This document shows positions 49,448 to 62,096 of a stretch of DNA of 64,000 nucleotides, one piece after another. The position numbers and the translations under genes are program-made. The notes under the pieces were generated by a model that was not told the origin of the DNA, did no database searches, and was given only the letters and a program-made list of their open reading frames with translations. This stretch comes from Squalus acanthias (lineage: Eukaryota), in contig CM059425.1 in the NCBI GenBank assembly GCA_030390025.1, positions 172,796,001 through 172,860,000 on the forward strand. Direction: 5' to 3'. Position 1 is the stretch's first letter, and the number at the start of each line of letters is the position of its first letter.

Positions 49448-49581
49448 GAATTGATGGGCTGTCACTGGAAATCTCTAATATTGTTGATATTAGGGGTGAA
49501 ACAAATCAAGAAATTGCTATGAGGATGATCACAGATGTCAAAAGCAACAATCAATTCTACACTGACCTGAATGATTTCCAG
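49448..49581 (+). CDS. MAN2A1: Alpha-mannosidase II internal exon E: (G)IDGLSLEISNIVDIRGETNQEIAMRMITDVKSNNQFYTDLNDFQ
   Basis: ttttctaatgcag acceptor; CAG|gtactt donor; 134 nt, phase 1 to phase 0. SNIVDIR..N.EIAM and FYTDLN are closer to MAN2A1 than MAN2A2. The next expected exon (IQPR..KLPLQAN) was not found in the window. Confidence 0.9.
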
Positions 49582-49684
49582 GTACTTACACTATTTGAAA
49601 TATATGCAAAAATAAAAAGCTTTCAGGACAGTTCTGCCCAAATTATGGTAATTGTTAATCCCAAATGTCACTTAGTATGATTTG

Positions 49685-51433
49685 GGGCTGGATTTTGCTT
49701 GCGCTCAGAGGGCGGGTTTGGAGGTGGGTCCGCTGTCAAAATAGCAAAGATTGACAGCGGGTAGGAAACCCGCTGTCAACCCGCCTCCACGCGAGTCTCC
49801 CAGGTGTCGGGTCTGTCTGCGGAGAACTGACCCGACACCAAGTGGCGGGGGAGACAATTGAGATCATTAAATGGTTTGTTAACAGCCAATTTAATGCTAT
49901 TTTGAGGCTACCTTCCAATTTTACGTGCTCCCCCACGGGTTACCCACTGCTCGGGGAACATGCCACCTCACCCTGTTGTGAGTTCAGTCTGCTTTGAAGT
50001 ATCTGATAAGCTGACAGCTGCAGAAGTGGTATAAAGGATGCCATGTTGCAGATGTTCAGTTTCAGAGCGCAGAAACTGTTGGTTACTGCATTTGTAAGAC
50101 ATATAGAGATTTCTTTAGCTTGCAAGTGTTCAGAGTCAACTGTATAATCAGTGCCACCTCATTGGAACAACCTCTCTCACCATTGACAGATTGCTTCTGT
50201 CACCTCACCTGCAGCTGCCATCTATTGCAGCAACATCGGTGCCCTTGGAAAAAACACACCTTGGTCCTCTGAATCCTTCCACGATCAGCCCCAACACCAA
50301 CATCACCAGGCACACCAACATTACCAACCTTCTCCGCAATCAGCTGGTGCTGCACAGGACACAGGGCATCAGCACCCAACCACATTGCTGCCCGGGATGC
50401 CAGGGATGGCCTCACCATGGCCAGATTTACTTCACTTGACACTGTACACCCTGGCTGCCACATGATGTGCCAGGTTGGCACCACCCCGCACCAACACCAT
50501 AAAGCATCCCTACAATGCCCAAGCCATTCCTTTCACACTCATCGCCATTGCGGAGGGTACCGTTATGTCTCACCATTCACTGCAACTCACTAAGCCACTT
50601 CCAAAGTTGCACACAAATCTGTCCAAGAACGCAAAGTGTTGAAAATAAAGATTTCAATGTTTGTCCGCACATTAACAGAAACTTTACATGAACATTGGTT
50701 ATAACACCCAAGTGCCTACCCTTGTGTGTTGTTACTTGGTATGATTGGACTAGGATGAGGGTGAGTGTGAGGGGTGGCTAGTGAGATGAGGAAGTGATAA
50801 TGTAGATAGAGAGGGATGGATGGAGGTGCAAGGTAAGTTGGTGTGAGTAAGGATGTGCAGGAGAAGGGTATGGAAGGCAGAGTGATGAGGATGCGATGAG
50901 GTTGAGTGTGGCTTTACAGTAACGTTTCGTGATCAGCTGAGATCATTGAAAGGTTTGCACCACTGCAGCCTGGTCCTCCTGACAACATCCCTGCTTGTGT
51001 CCTGCTGTGCACTGTGCAACCAGGCTGCGTTATTCTGCTGGGGAGGTCTCTGCCGCCCATGGGAAGGGAAGAGAATCTCCCTGCGTGCTGTGGCTCCCTC
51101 CACAAGCATATGGAGGGAGTCATGCGTGAGCCTGGGTGCAGAAGTGCACCTTTGTGCAGTGCTTGTTAGTGTTTTCAGCACCTCAATGCTGCAGAACACT
51201 GACATCACAACTGTCAAAATCAATGTGGCCTTGGTCCCTTTAAGGAAACCAGCTGATGATGTGTCATCAAATGACATCATCAGACCTGCTTCCTGTTAAT
51301 TGGCCAGGAACCCCGCAGGGTGGGCTTAACAAGGCCAATCTACGGAAAATCTTTTTGAGAGAGCGGTTGCAGACGGGAGCATGACTGAAACCCGCCATCC
51401 AGCTCTCCCGCCTCCACAAGGAAAATCCAGTCT
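49685..51433. mobile_element. Internally deleted, non-autonomous Harbinger element
   Basis: TIRs GGGCTGGATTTT / AAAATCCAGTCT, TTG flanks; Myb exon 1 on minus (ORF 50933-51280: APRLTHDSL..REILFP..WCKPFNDL); right part homologous to 8480-9300. Confidence 0.8.
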
Positions 51434-52629
51434 TTGGTACATTGGCATGGTAGAATTTGTTGGCAGTTTTTACTTAAATTTTCTCTGAGCGCTCATTCTT
51501 TTTGCTTCTAATTTTAATGGTAGAATTCTGATGGAATTTTTGTTCTAATTTCATTTAACTGAGCTTCTGTTTAACTCACTTTAGTTTTTATTGGAATTTT
51601 GGCTGTAATCTTTATAGATTTACCGCATAAATACTGACAGTGATTACTATTGTTACAGTATTGAGTGTTGTCAACAATATCCCAATATGCAACAATGATA
51701 AAGAGGGAATAGCACAACTCATTCTCTGTTGAACCAATTCGTCCTCAACCAATAGGACTGAGTTTGTGATTATTGTATAGAGCAAGTATCATACACTGAT
51801 CTTACATTCAGTTGGCCCATACATGCTAACTTACAACATTTGGAAAATCTGATGAACAGCTTCAGAGAAGCTGACACAACCAAAAATAAGCTGATAACTC
51901 AAAAAGCAACGTACAACTGAATGAACAGCACTAAATAAAGGCCTCTGACCAAGGCTACTGCTTCAAGGTGACTGAATTGAATTTTCTTTATTACTTAGAA
52001 TTTTGGGATTTTTATTGCTGGGCTCAAGTATGGCATATGAAAACAATTAGTTACAGTGGGAGTGTAGTTGGTCATGACCTAAACTGCAGCTATATAGAAT
52101 CACAGTACAGAAGGAGGCCATTCTGGCCATTCATGCCTGTGTCAGCTCTTGAAAGTGCTATGCAATTAGTCCTACTCCCCTGCTCTTTCCCCATAGCTCT
52201 GCAAAATTTTCCTTTTCAAGTATGTATGCAATTTCCTTTTGAAAGTCACTATTGAATCTGCTCCCACCACACTTTCAGGCAGTGCATTTCAAATCGTAAC
52301 AACTCACTGCGTAAAAATTCTCCTCATCATAGAAAAATATTCAATATTCAATCAGTTGTGTTATATGGGGGAGGGGGTGAAACTAAAACACACAACAGTT
52401 ACATTTTTGCTATGGTGGATTTAGAGGTTTTTTGTGAGGGGAATTGAGCTCTGGTGGGGCAGAATATTCTATTTAAGGTGGTATGGGGTCTGGGGGCATG
52501 CTGCCCCCCCCCCAGGAATTTTTTAGCTTTGATACTTTTTATGGTGCATTTTGAAATGTACTATGATTCTTTTCTACCAGGTAGCCTATAAAGAACGTTT
52601 TGTTTAATCCTGTAAAGTAGAAAAATTGT

Positions 52630-53070
52630 TACTGTAACTATCAGGAAAAACTGAATAGGCTCGGGCTCTTTTATCCAGAAAAGAGAATGCGGAGGGGTGA
52701 CCTGATCGAGCTCTTTAAGATAATGAAAGAATTTGATAGGGTAGAAGTGGAAAAAATGTTTTCACTTGTGAGGGCGAGCAAAACTAGAGGTTATAAATAT
52801 AAGATAGTCACTAATAAATCCAATAGGGAATTCAGGAGAAAGTTCTTTACCCAAAGAGTGGTAACCCCAAAGAGTGGTACCACATGGAGTAGTTGAGGTG
52901 ACTAGCATAGATGCATTTAAAGGGAAGCTAGATAAGCTCATGAGGGAGAAAGGAATAGAAGTATATGCTGATAGGGTTAGATTAAGAAGGGTGGGAAGAG
53001 GCTCGTGTGGAGCATAAACGTCGGCATAGACCAGCTGGGTTGAATGGCCTGTTTCTGTACTGTACTGTAG
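52630..53070 (+). mobile_element. CR1 3' fragment
   Basis: ORF 52687-52896 (RGDLIE..KTRG..RRKFFTQRVV) plus 3' UTR. Confidence 0.8.
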
Positions 53071-53074
53071 ACTC

Positions 53075-56000
53075 GATGTAAATACGAGCATACGAACAGG
53101 TAAAGACCCTCTGGTCCATCGAGCCTGTCCCACACAATTGCGATACCTCGCGTATCACAATATATACACTCCACCCCACCCAATACCATGTGATCTCCTG
53201 GGAGAGGCAAAAAATCAAATAAAAAACCCAGGCCAATTTGGGGGGGAAAATCTGGGAAATTCCTCTCCGGCCCATCTAGGCGATCGAAATTAGTCCAGGA
53301 GATCAGTCTGGCCCTGAATTCCCTGCAGTACCTACCTTCTGTAAGAGGTGATCTCTGCCCCAGCCAAAAACTGGTCCAGCTCTCGCTTGAAGGAATTCAG
53401 TGCACGAGGCGGCAGCCTGTCCAGAGGTCCACTATTCTCTGGGAAAATAATCATCTCCTGACATCTAACCTAGATCTAGCCTTATAAAGCTTAAATTTGT
53501 GACCCCTGGTCCTCCCTAACCTATTTAATTGAAACAAAGGGGGCGATTTTCCCCGCCCCGAGGAGGCGGGTTTGGAGGTGGGACAGTTGGCAAAATCACA
53601 AAAAGTGAGGGCGGGTTTGGAACCCGCCTCCGTACAATTTTGCCGGAGGCGGGTTTCATGGGTGCGATTCGGTCCCGCCTCCATCAGTCGGGAGAGGTAG
53701 TTAAGACCCTTAAATAGTCGTTAAGGGCCTCGATAATCCTATTTTGACAGGCCTTTGTTATTTTGCCACATTTTGTGCATGTTGCACGACCCTCCTAAAC
53801 CACGCCAGCTAATCCTGGCGGGTTGACAAGTGGGTGGCCTCCTCACAGCTGCAGCTCCACCATTAAATGGAGCTTTCATCAGGGAGCAGTTGCAGGTGGC
53901 AGAACTTTTGTTCCACAGGTCTTTCAGCACTTTTAGCAGGCCTACAGAAGTCGGAGGTGCTGCAGCTTCTATCTCTCAACTGTGGGACCTCCTTGGAAGA
54001 CCCTCTCCCCGCTTGGACTGAGCGCTTCCCCAACAGAGGTATCTGCCAGCAGCATGGGAACCATTTATTTCCTTTCATCATGGACCTCAGATTCAGATGA
54101 GGAGCATCCACGGCAGCAGCAGAACCAGGCAGCTCAGGAGCAACAGCAGCAGGAGCGCCAACCTCCTGCTCACTCACCTGATGCTGCACAGGGCAGAAGG
54201 CGCCAGTGCATGGCAGCACATCACCACAGGAGATACCCCCTCTCAGGGTTTACAGACAGAGGATGAGCTACCTCAACATCACTGAGCTGCAGTGCCAAAG
54301 GAGGCTGAGACTTTCGCGAGAGGTTGTCGGAGACATCCTAGCACTGCTGCACCAACACCTGGAGCCCAGAGGAGCGGGTGGACACCCCTTACCAGTGGCT
54401 GTCAAAGTCACCACCGCACTCAACTTTTTTGCCTCAGGCTCCTTCCAGGGATCATCAGCAGGCATCAGCGGCATCTCCCAGTCAGCCGCCCACAGTTGCA
54501 TAACGCAGGTTACCGATGGCCTTTTCGCAAAGGCGCACAATTACATCCAGTTCTCAAGGGATCAAGCAAGTGTAACCACACGTTCGGTTGGCTTTGCAAA
54601 TATGGCAGGCTTGCCAATGGTGCAGGGCATCATGGACTGCACACATGTGGCCCTTAGGGCACCCCATCGCAACCCAGCTATCTTTGTCAACCGCAAGGGC
54701 TTCCACTCCCTCAACGTACAGCTGGTGTGTAACCACAAGAAAGAGATTTTGCATGTTTGCGCCAAGTTCTGTGGTAGTTGCCATGACTTGTTCATCCTGC
54801 GGAACTCTAGTGTTCCTCCGCTCTTCAATCCGCCAAACCAACTTAATGGGGATGGCTCCTTGGTGACAAGGGCTACCCCCTGAAGAAGTGGCTAATGACG
54901 CCGATAAGGAGGCCAACTAACGAGGCTGAAGAGTGCTACAACGCCAGCCACATTTCGACCAGGTCCATCATCGAGCAAACCATTGGCTTGCTGAAGATGC
55001 GATTCCGATGCCTTGACAGATCAGGTGGAGCCCTGCAGTATTCAGCAGCCAGGGTCTCCAGAATGGTTGTGGTCTGCTGTGCACTGTACAACATGGCTTG
55101 CAGCTTCCTGATGAGCAAGTAGCTCAGTTCATAGCCTCCTCAGATGAGGAGGAGGAGGAGGACCGAACGGCGGCGTATCTACCAGCGGCAGCACGCAAGC
55201 ACATGGCTGCCCATGATGCAAGGCATGCACTCATGGCTCCTTCTTAACACATGATAGACAATGGACATGACTCTCTGGCCTTCTTTCACTCTGACCATCA
55301 ACCTGACCACGCAAGTGTCGCGGAGCCCGCAATGTGGAGCTGCCTTAGGCAAAATAACAGATGCCATCACGCCAACAGTTTGCCATCACCTCATTTAATA
55401 CATTCAAACAGGGATGGCATTTCATTAATAAACAGAAACAATCACCCAAGTGCCTACCCCTGTGACTAATGGTGCTTTATTTTTCTGTTACGCGTGCTCC
55501 TACGTGGTGCTCCCCCGTGGCTTCAGTAGAAGTGGAGGCCCCTTACTCACTTTCATGCTGCTCCTGCTTCGACACCTTTGTCGGGCATCCTCTGGGTTTC
55601 CGAGCCTGTGAGGGCTCGCCAAACGTCAGCCCCTGCACTGCCGCAGGATGAACAGAGACACCTATCTCAGTTGGGTGCGGCTCTGACCGAGGGCTACGCA
55701 GTGGCATGGAAGTGTGAGCGCTTGGAGAAGAGCTCCCACTTCCTTGTTCTCTGCCACCAACTTCCCTCTCATGGGTCAGGTCCACCTCAGCGCTTGCAAG
55801 TGGCTTGAGAGCACCTTGCTGCACATCAGGGGGGCCCTGGGGACCCGTATCTGCACTGGCAGTCCTACTCAAAAGGACTTCCATGAAGCTCTGGTTTCTC
55901 TGCTCAATAGCTGCCCATCGCTCCTCCAGAGATGTCAGTCTATTCTGAACAATCACCATGTTTTCCTGACTCTGGCGACTTATTTCCTCCATGGCCGTAG

Positions 56001-57400
56001 CCAGCCTTTCCATGGAGGTTGCCATCCTTTCCGTGGTGGTGCATTGATGCGCCATTGCCTCCACAAAGGCACTGCTCATGGTTAGAGTTGGACTCCTCCA
56101 TCCTCTCCACACTCGCAGTGACCCTGGAGACAAGACCTGTCAGAGACTCCTGCACCTGCTCCTGGAGTTCCAGCACTGCTCTCCTTCTGGATGGACCTAG
56201 AGACACATGGTCCACATGCAGCGGAGCAATGCTAGGAGAGTCCTGCGACCTCCGACGAGGACTCTCCACTGCTGTCCCTGTCTCCACCACTTGCTGATGC
56301 TCACCTGTGAGATGTGATACACACCGTGACAACACTACTCTATGTCCCGAAGGTCCCACCGAGGTGTGCGTATCTGTGCTGGTGCTGAGTGCGCTTACAT
56401 CTGCTGACGCTGCGTCCTGAGTCCTGAGTCCAGAGCATAGATGCTTAGAAGGAGACAAAGATGGAGTGGGGTTCCATGTCCAAGGGCCCTCCCTGTGCGT
56501 TGTTAGTCGTTGTCATTGCATAACATTGAAAGGGAGTGTGAGGGCAGCATAGTCGAATAGTGAAGTGATTGGGTTCATAGAGTGAGAGGGATGGTGAAGG
56601 GTGCAAGGGTTGTAAGGGTAAAGTGGGATGTGGAGGAGGAGGAGGTTGACAATGCAGAGTGCTGGTGATGAGAGGAGAAGGGGAGCAGAAGGAGGGTCAA
56701 GCTGAAGGTATACTCACTTTGCTTGATCTTACAAGGTCATTGAACCTTTTACGGCACTGCAGCCATGTTCTGCTGCACACTGATCTGGAGGTTATATCCC
56801 TTGCCAGCTGGACCCACACAGCCTTGGTTTCTTTGGGAGGCCTCTTCCTCCCAGATGAGGGGAAGAGCACCTCCCTGCTAGCTCTCGCCCCCTCAGCCAG
56901 CATACCCAGCGCCTCATCGGAGAACCTCGGGGAGGCCCTTGCCTTGGAGCTGGCCATTCTTCAAGGAGATAAAAGTTTGGAGGTGGTGCACCATCGACCA
57001 AAAACCAGTGGAATGAGCTGCAGCAAGCAGCCCTTAAATGAAGCTGGATAAGTGACGTCAGCAGAGGCGAATTTCAGTCCCAAAAGACTAATTGGCCCAG
57101 GGGAACCCACACCTCTGAAATTAACTGGCCAATTAGGGGAAAATCACAAATTTTTCCCACCTGATAGTGGAGGCGGGATTGGAACCCACCCAAACCGAAA
57201 CTCGCCTCAAATGAGAAAATCGCGCCCAAACTGTCAACTGGAACACAATCTATTCCCTTCATTATCTTATAAACCTCAATCAGATCACCTCTAAGTCTAC
57301 GCTTCTCTAAAGTGTAGAGTCCCAACTCTTTTAGCCTATCTTGATAAGTAAGATACTTTAAACTGGGAATTAGTCTAGTGGCCCTCCTTTCCAGAGCCTC
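53075..57400 (-). mobile_element. CR1-like 3' fragment with long 3' UTR, split by Harbinger (53075-53538 and 57228-57400)
   Basis: LGLYTLEKRRLRGDLIEVYKIM at 57240-57330 continues as LFQLNRLGRTRGHKFKL at 53480-53538. Confidence 0.8.
53539..57227. mobile_element. PIF/Harbinger element with near-complete transposase (+) and convergent Myb gene (-)
   Basis: TIRs GGGGGCGATTTTC / GAAAATCGCGCCC, TSD AAA. Transposase at about 54055-55200 ([44 protein letters not shown] after a frameshift, [18 protein letters not shown]). Myb exon 1 is intact at 56718-56957; exon 2 appears deleted. Confidence 0.92.
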
Positions 57401-58170
57401 AGTATCACAAGCAGATGGTAATAGAAAAAAGACTTATTGTACATCACAGAAAGTAACCATATTGCAAATCTTATACCCTAAGCTACTTACAAGTTCGAAC
57501 AAGAAGGCAGCATAATAGAGTGACAGCTGCTTTTCAATATAATCTAAATTGAAGGCATCTAGTTTATGGCTTGAACTCAGCTTGTGTTAAACAAGATTAT
57601 CTTACAACTCATGAGCATTTATCATTTAGTTTTAGCTCAAAATATTGATCAGGAAAGCAAAAGTACAGACTGTAGTACAAAATCAACAACTACATTAATG
57701 CTACGTGAAAAGTTAGTCTGTCAAGTTTGTCAGAGTCATAGAGAGATCCATCCAGGCAATGAGCAACAGAAAAACACAGCTTCCCTCCTAAAAATATGAA
57801 TTACAAATAAAGGTTTTTAAATTTCCCATTGCTTGATGTTTTAGTTCTTTATTTCAAGAATAGAATTTGTTTTGTGTCTCTTTTCTTTCCATCTGCCTTT
57901 CCTATCAAAATAATGACATCACCACCTTCTTGAGGACAACTAGGAATGGGCAATAAATACTGGGTTGCCAGCAACGCCCACATCCCAAGAATGTTTTTTT
58001 TAAATCAGTGCGAGGCCATTGAAGCCTTCAAGGATTGAAGTGACACTCATTACAATGATATTAATGTCCTTGAAGGTCCCATTTCCTGTTTCTTTTCTGT
58101 TGTAATAGCAAGAAGTGCTGGGTCCAGACCTGTAGCTTTTTCATGTGCTGGTGTTAGAGGGGGCTGGAAG

Positions 58171-58328
58171 CAATGTTCCCCTTAAGCTGAGCGGCCACAC
58201 AGCACTCTGCAGCTCCTGCGCAGCCGGCTTACTGGCTTTTTTTAAGTAGGAAAACTCGGGCATGCATGGTATTTTGAATGGGTCCTTAAAGGGGCCGCGC
58301 ACCCAAAAGAAAATTAAATGGGACATTG
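58171..58328. mobile_element. hAT-type MITE (158 bp)
   Basis: 8-bp TSD GCTGGAAG (58163-58170 and 58329-58336); imperfect TIRs CAATGTTCCCCTTAA / TTAAATGGGACATTG. Confidence 0.8.
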
Positions 58329-58654
58329 GCTGGAAGGATGTAACCTCATTGCTACTGTCCCAGAGACGTCTGTTGCCCAACAGATGCTGAACATGGGATC
58401 TGTAGAGCCAATGGTTTGCATGAGAACAGGCCTCATAGTCCCAATTAGTCTTGAAATCCCTGTGAAATCGTCTTTTTAAGGCTGTCCACACAGCATCTAT
58501 TGAAGCAGCCATAGCTGCCACTCTGGAAGCCACTACTGTCCTTAGAATTTCCTCCTTACATCATATTGTCACAGGTATATTTGGAATTGCCAAAATCTGG
58601 AGGATGTTATGCATGATCTGGAATACCTACTTGGAAAATAAGAATGTAATCACA

Positions 58655-59405
58655 TATTACTTGGAAAATAAAAATCTAAATAGGTTGAAGAGCAAAGGGA
58701 TCTCGGAGTACAAATACATAAATCACTAAAAGTAGTGATGCAGGTTAATAAGGCCATTAAAAAAAGCAAACCAAGCACTAGGGTTTATTTCTAGAGGGAT
58801 AGAATTGAAAAGTAGAGAAGTTATGCTAAACTTGTATCGAACCTTGGTTAGACCACACTTGGAGTACTGTGTACAATTCTGGTCGCCATATTATAAAAAG
58901 GATATAGAGACACTGGAGAGGGTGCAAAAAAGATTTACAAGGATGATACCAGAAATGCGAGGTTATTCCAATCGGGAAAGGATGAACAGACTGGGTCTCT
59001 TTGCTCTTGAAAAGAGAAGGCTGAGGGGTGACCTAATAGAGGTCTTTAAAATTACAAAAGGTTTTGATAGAGTAGACACAGAGAGTGTTTCCACTTGTGA
59101 GAAGAGCAAAACTAGAGGCCATCAATATAAGATAATCACCAAGAAATCAAATAGGGAATTCAGAAGAAACTTCTTTACCAGAGATTGGTGAGAATGTGGA
59201 ACTCGCTACCACAGGGAGTGGTTGAAGCGAATAGTATAGATGCATTTAAGGGAAGGTTAGATAAGCATATGAGGGAGAAGGGAATAGAGGGTTATGCTGA
59301 TAGAGTTAGATGAGCAAAGACGGGAGGAAGCTCGAGTGGAGCATAAATTCCAGCATGGACTGATTGGGCCGAATGGCCTGTTTCTGTGCTGTATATCCTA
59401 TGTAA
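58655..59405 (+). mobile_element. 5'-truncated CR1
   Basis: ORF 58805-59191 is the ORF2 C-terminus; 3' UTR ggcctgtttctgtgctgtatatcctatgtaa. Confidence 0.88.
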
Positions 59406-59669
59406 TCCTCCAGCATAATGTTGCAAAACTGATTGGTGGACTCCTCCAACTTAGCCACCATCTCCACCACAGGCATGGATACTTGCATATGAGATCAATG
59501 CTTCTGTATCATTTTTCTCTTGAAGACTGTGTTCCTGAGATCAGGATCTCTAGGCTTCTCAGCAGAGGGCAGTAGTTTCTCTACCCTCCAGTGAGGCATA
59601 GCTTGGTTTTCCTCTCCCTCCTCCTGCTCACTTGTGTTCAGTGCTTCACAATGGAAGGGATTGTCTATA

Positions 59670-60408
59670 ATAGGGATTCGTTACAGTTTCCAGACGTCAG
59701 TCGAGCATGCAACGCCCCGGACCGGATATTGAGTGGCGCCCCCTGCCTTTCCGCCTGCCGCTAGCAACGACAGGTTGAGGGGAACGTTTTGCAGTCGGGA
59801 AGGGACTGGGAGAGCGCTATTTAAAGGCGGCCGCTTCCTGCCTTTTTTTGTCAGCGACATTTTGGCACCATGCATTCGAGAGAGAGAGAGAGAGAGAGAG
59901 ACTTCTGGAGAGATTCAACGCTGTGTGACGGAGTTTTGGGTACTGAGCAGCACTTTGCAGGTTCATTTTGATTTGACCATCCTTGCATCGATTTAGAAGA
60001 GACTGTGGGGGCTGCACTCTGAGCTCTTTCCCTGGGTCTCTCCATTGTTCTTTCCAGCAGAATTGATGTACAGGTCTCCCCAGGCCGAGATTCAAGGCTG
60101 CATTGAGCAGGGTGTGGATGGAGAGCAAGATCAACCCTCCCCTTTTTAAAAACTGGCCGGCGCCATTGTGTCTGTGTTCCATTGCTGACTGACATCACAT
60201 GAGCTTCGCCAGCGCTCTGAGGTAGCGCCTCGCTCCTCGGCGTTAGCGCCTTAAGAGAGGTGTGTAGCGCCTGATTTCGCACTCCAATCACCTCCAGGGG
60301 CGATAGAAGCCAAGTTTGCAGTCGGAGGCGATAATTTGTGCCAGGCGCTAAACTTTGCGCCCGGCTGATAATTGCGCCCCAAACGGGGCGATACCAAATT
60401 TCTCCCCC
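59670..60408 (-). mobile_element. Harbinger terminal fragment of the TAGCGC-motif lineage
   Basis: Reverse complement of the end at 60408 (GGGGGAGAAATTTGGTATCGCCCCGTTTGGGGCGC) matches the 32911 terminus; the other end was not found; (GA)n at 59878-59900. Confidence 0.7.
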
Positions 60409-61184
60409 ATGGGGATTTTGCCATTGATGAAGACCTTGATGTTGCTCCTCTTTCTGCCTTTTCAGACCTCTATTGGCACGGTCTTGTTCAATTTCAATTG
60501 CTTCTGGCCCTCCGAGTGTTGGAAAGCCACGTAGGAATGAGAACAGCACCGAAAAATGACCCTGTATATCAAATGAGGCCCTCTTTTGGAAAATGCAGTG
60601 GGCTTCTGGTAGCGCTTCATAAAATCCCCACCCTGCTCCATTTTCAGTGGCTGGAGGAAAGTCCAGTCCAAATGGTTCTACACATGCTGTGTACTAAATA
60701 AAATCATAAATGTAATGTGATTGTGTTGATAAACTGCAGCTTGGCATCTGTGACTCAAATGCTTTTATAGTGCTTTGTCACCAACACAGAATGGCATCTT
60801 AAAAAAAATTCCTTCACCTTTTATATTATTTTAAAATATTTAATAGTTTATTATTTTTCCCCTTTCTAGGCTGCCCTCTCCTGCTTTCCGTTGACTTGCG
60901 AACCAATATTTCTTAATTTCCTTCGCCATGCTCCAATCACTCTGGCCTTCCCCTCAGTCACCTGTTCCACTCACCGCCCTCTCTGGCTGCTCTCCACTTC
61001 TGTTTGATCCTTCCCTATCTACATTTTGTTAAAATCTGCCAGATCTGCTTTTCTTTACAGCGTCTCACTGCCTTTGGCTCCTCCCCTTCTTTCTGCTGAT
61101 GCTTGTGCCCACCTTTTTTAACGCTTGGCCTCTTTAGGCCCCGCCCCACTGTTGAATTCCACACACCATTCTGGCCTATTGGAC

Positions 61185-61322
61185 TTTAGGGGAATCAAGG
61201 GATATGGAGATCGGGCGGGAAAGTGGAGTTGAGGTCAAAGTTCAGCCATGGTCTTATTGAATGGCGGAGCAGGCTCGAGGGGCCATATGGCCTACTCTTG
61301 TTCCTAATTCTTATGTTCTTTC
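61185..61322 (+). mobile_element. CR1 3' tail fragment
   Basis: gccatggtcttattgaatggcggagcaggctcgagggg...ttcttatgttctt. Confidence 0.75.
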
Positions 61323-62096
61323 TACCCCTGCCCCAACTTTAGTAAAAAAAAAATTGGAGCCCAAACGGCCCTAAAGGCTGTCATCCCTGTTCTCCTCAGG
61401 GTTCTAAATTCCTTTTAAAAAATCTTTTTGCTCCCCCTTTACCCTGCCTTACCAATCCTTGCCCTAATTCTTTTTATTTTAAAAAGAAATGTTCTCACTC
61501 CCAAAGTTCTCTGGCCAAATCAAAACTAAGCAAAAATACATTACTGTTCCAGGCCCATTCCCAGCACCTTGCCCTTGATCACTTGTAAGTCTGGAGAGAC
61601 TATTGGTGGGTTTTCAGCAATGGGTGCCATCACAGCCAAGTCAAATCCAGATCTCTACCAATCTCCACCCACTTACAATTATGTCACTGAATAGTGATTT
61701 GGAGTGAAAACGTTTTTTTCTTCTCTCCCTTTGCCTCTTCCTCTTTGCATCAGTAATATCTGCTTTTCAGGCATAGAACAAAATTTTTAATTGGTTATGT
61801 GACAGACTTTATATTTTGGGATGGTTTTAATTGAATCACAGCTTAGCAGCTTCCAATATGGTGGATAAATAAACATTGGAGGTAAAGATGTTAGAATTTA
61901 TTGAATGAGTTACTTTGTATTGGGGAACAATTCTAATTTCCTGATTATTTTGACACAAAAATTAATCATGCAAATAAAAATCAGAATCTGTTCTAGTATA
62001 ACAGAATAAGGAATGTAAGACACTGAGAAAAGTTTTCCTGATTATTGAATTAAAATGGTATTTTGACACAGATTTGAGTAGCATGATAATACTGTA

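Noticed and set aside
5455..49680. ORF-track starts and stops around the mannosidase exons, and assignment to MAN2A2
   Set aside because: The ORFs run into intron sequence, so splice sites define the true limits. Diagnostic residues (VVYNP, WYGTT, SNIVDIR, EIAM, FYTDLN) fit MAN2A1 better, though a phylogeny is needed to be sure.
54055..55200. HARBI1 host gene
   Set aside because: Lies between TIRs with a TSD, is frameshifted and is paired with a Myb gene: a transposon copy.
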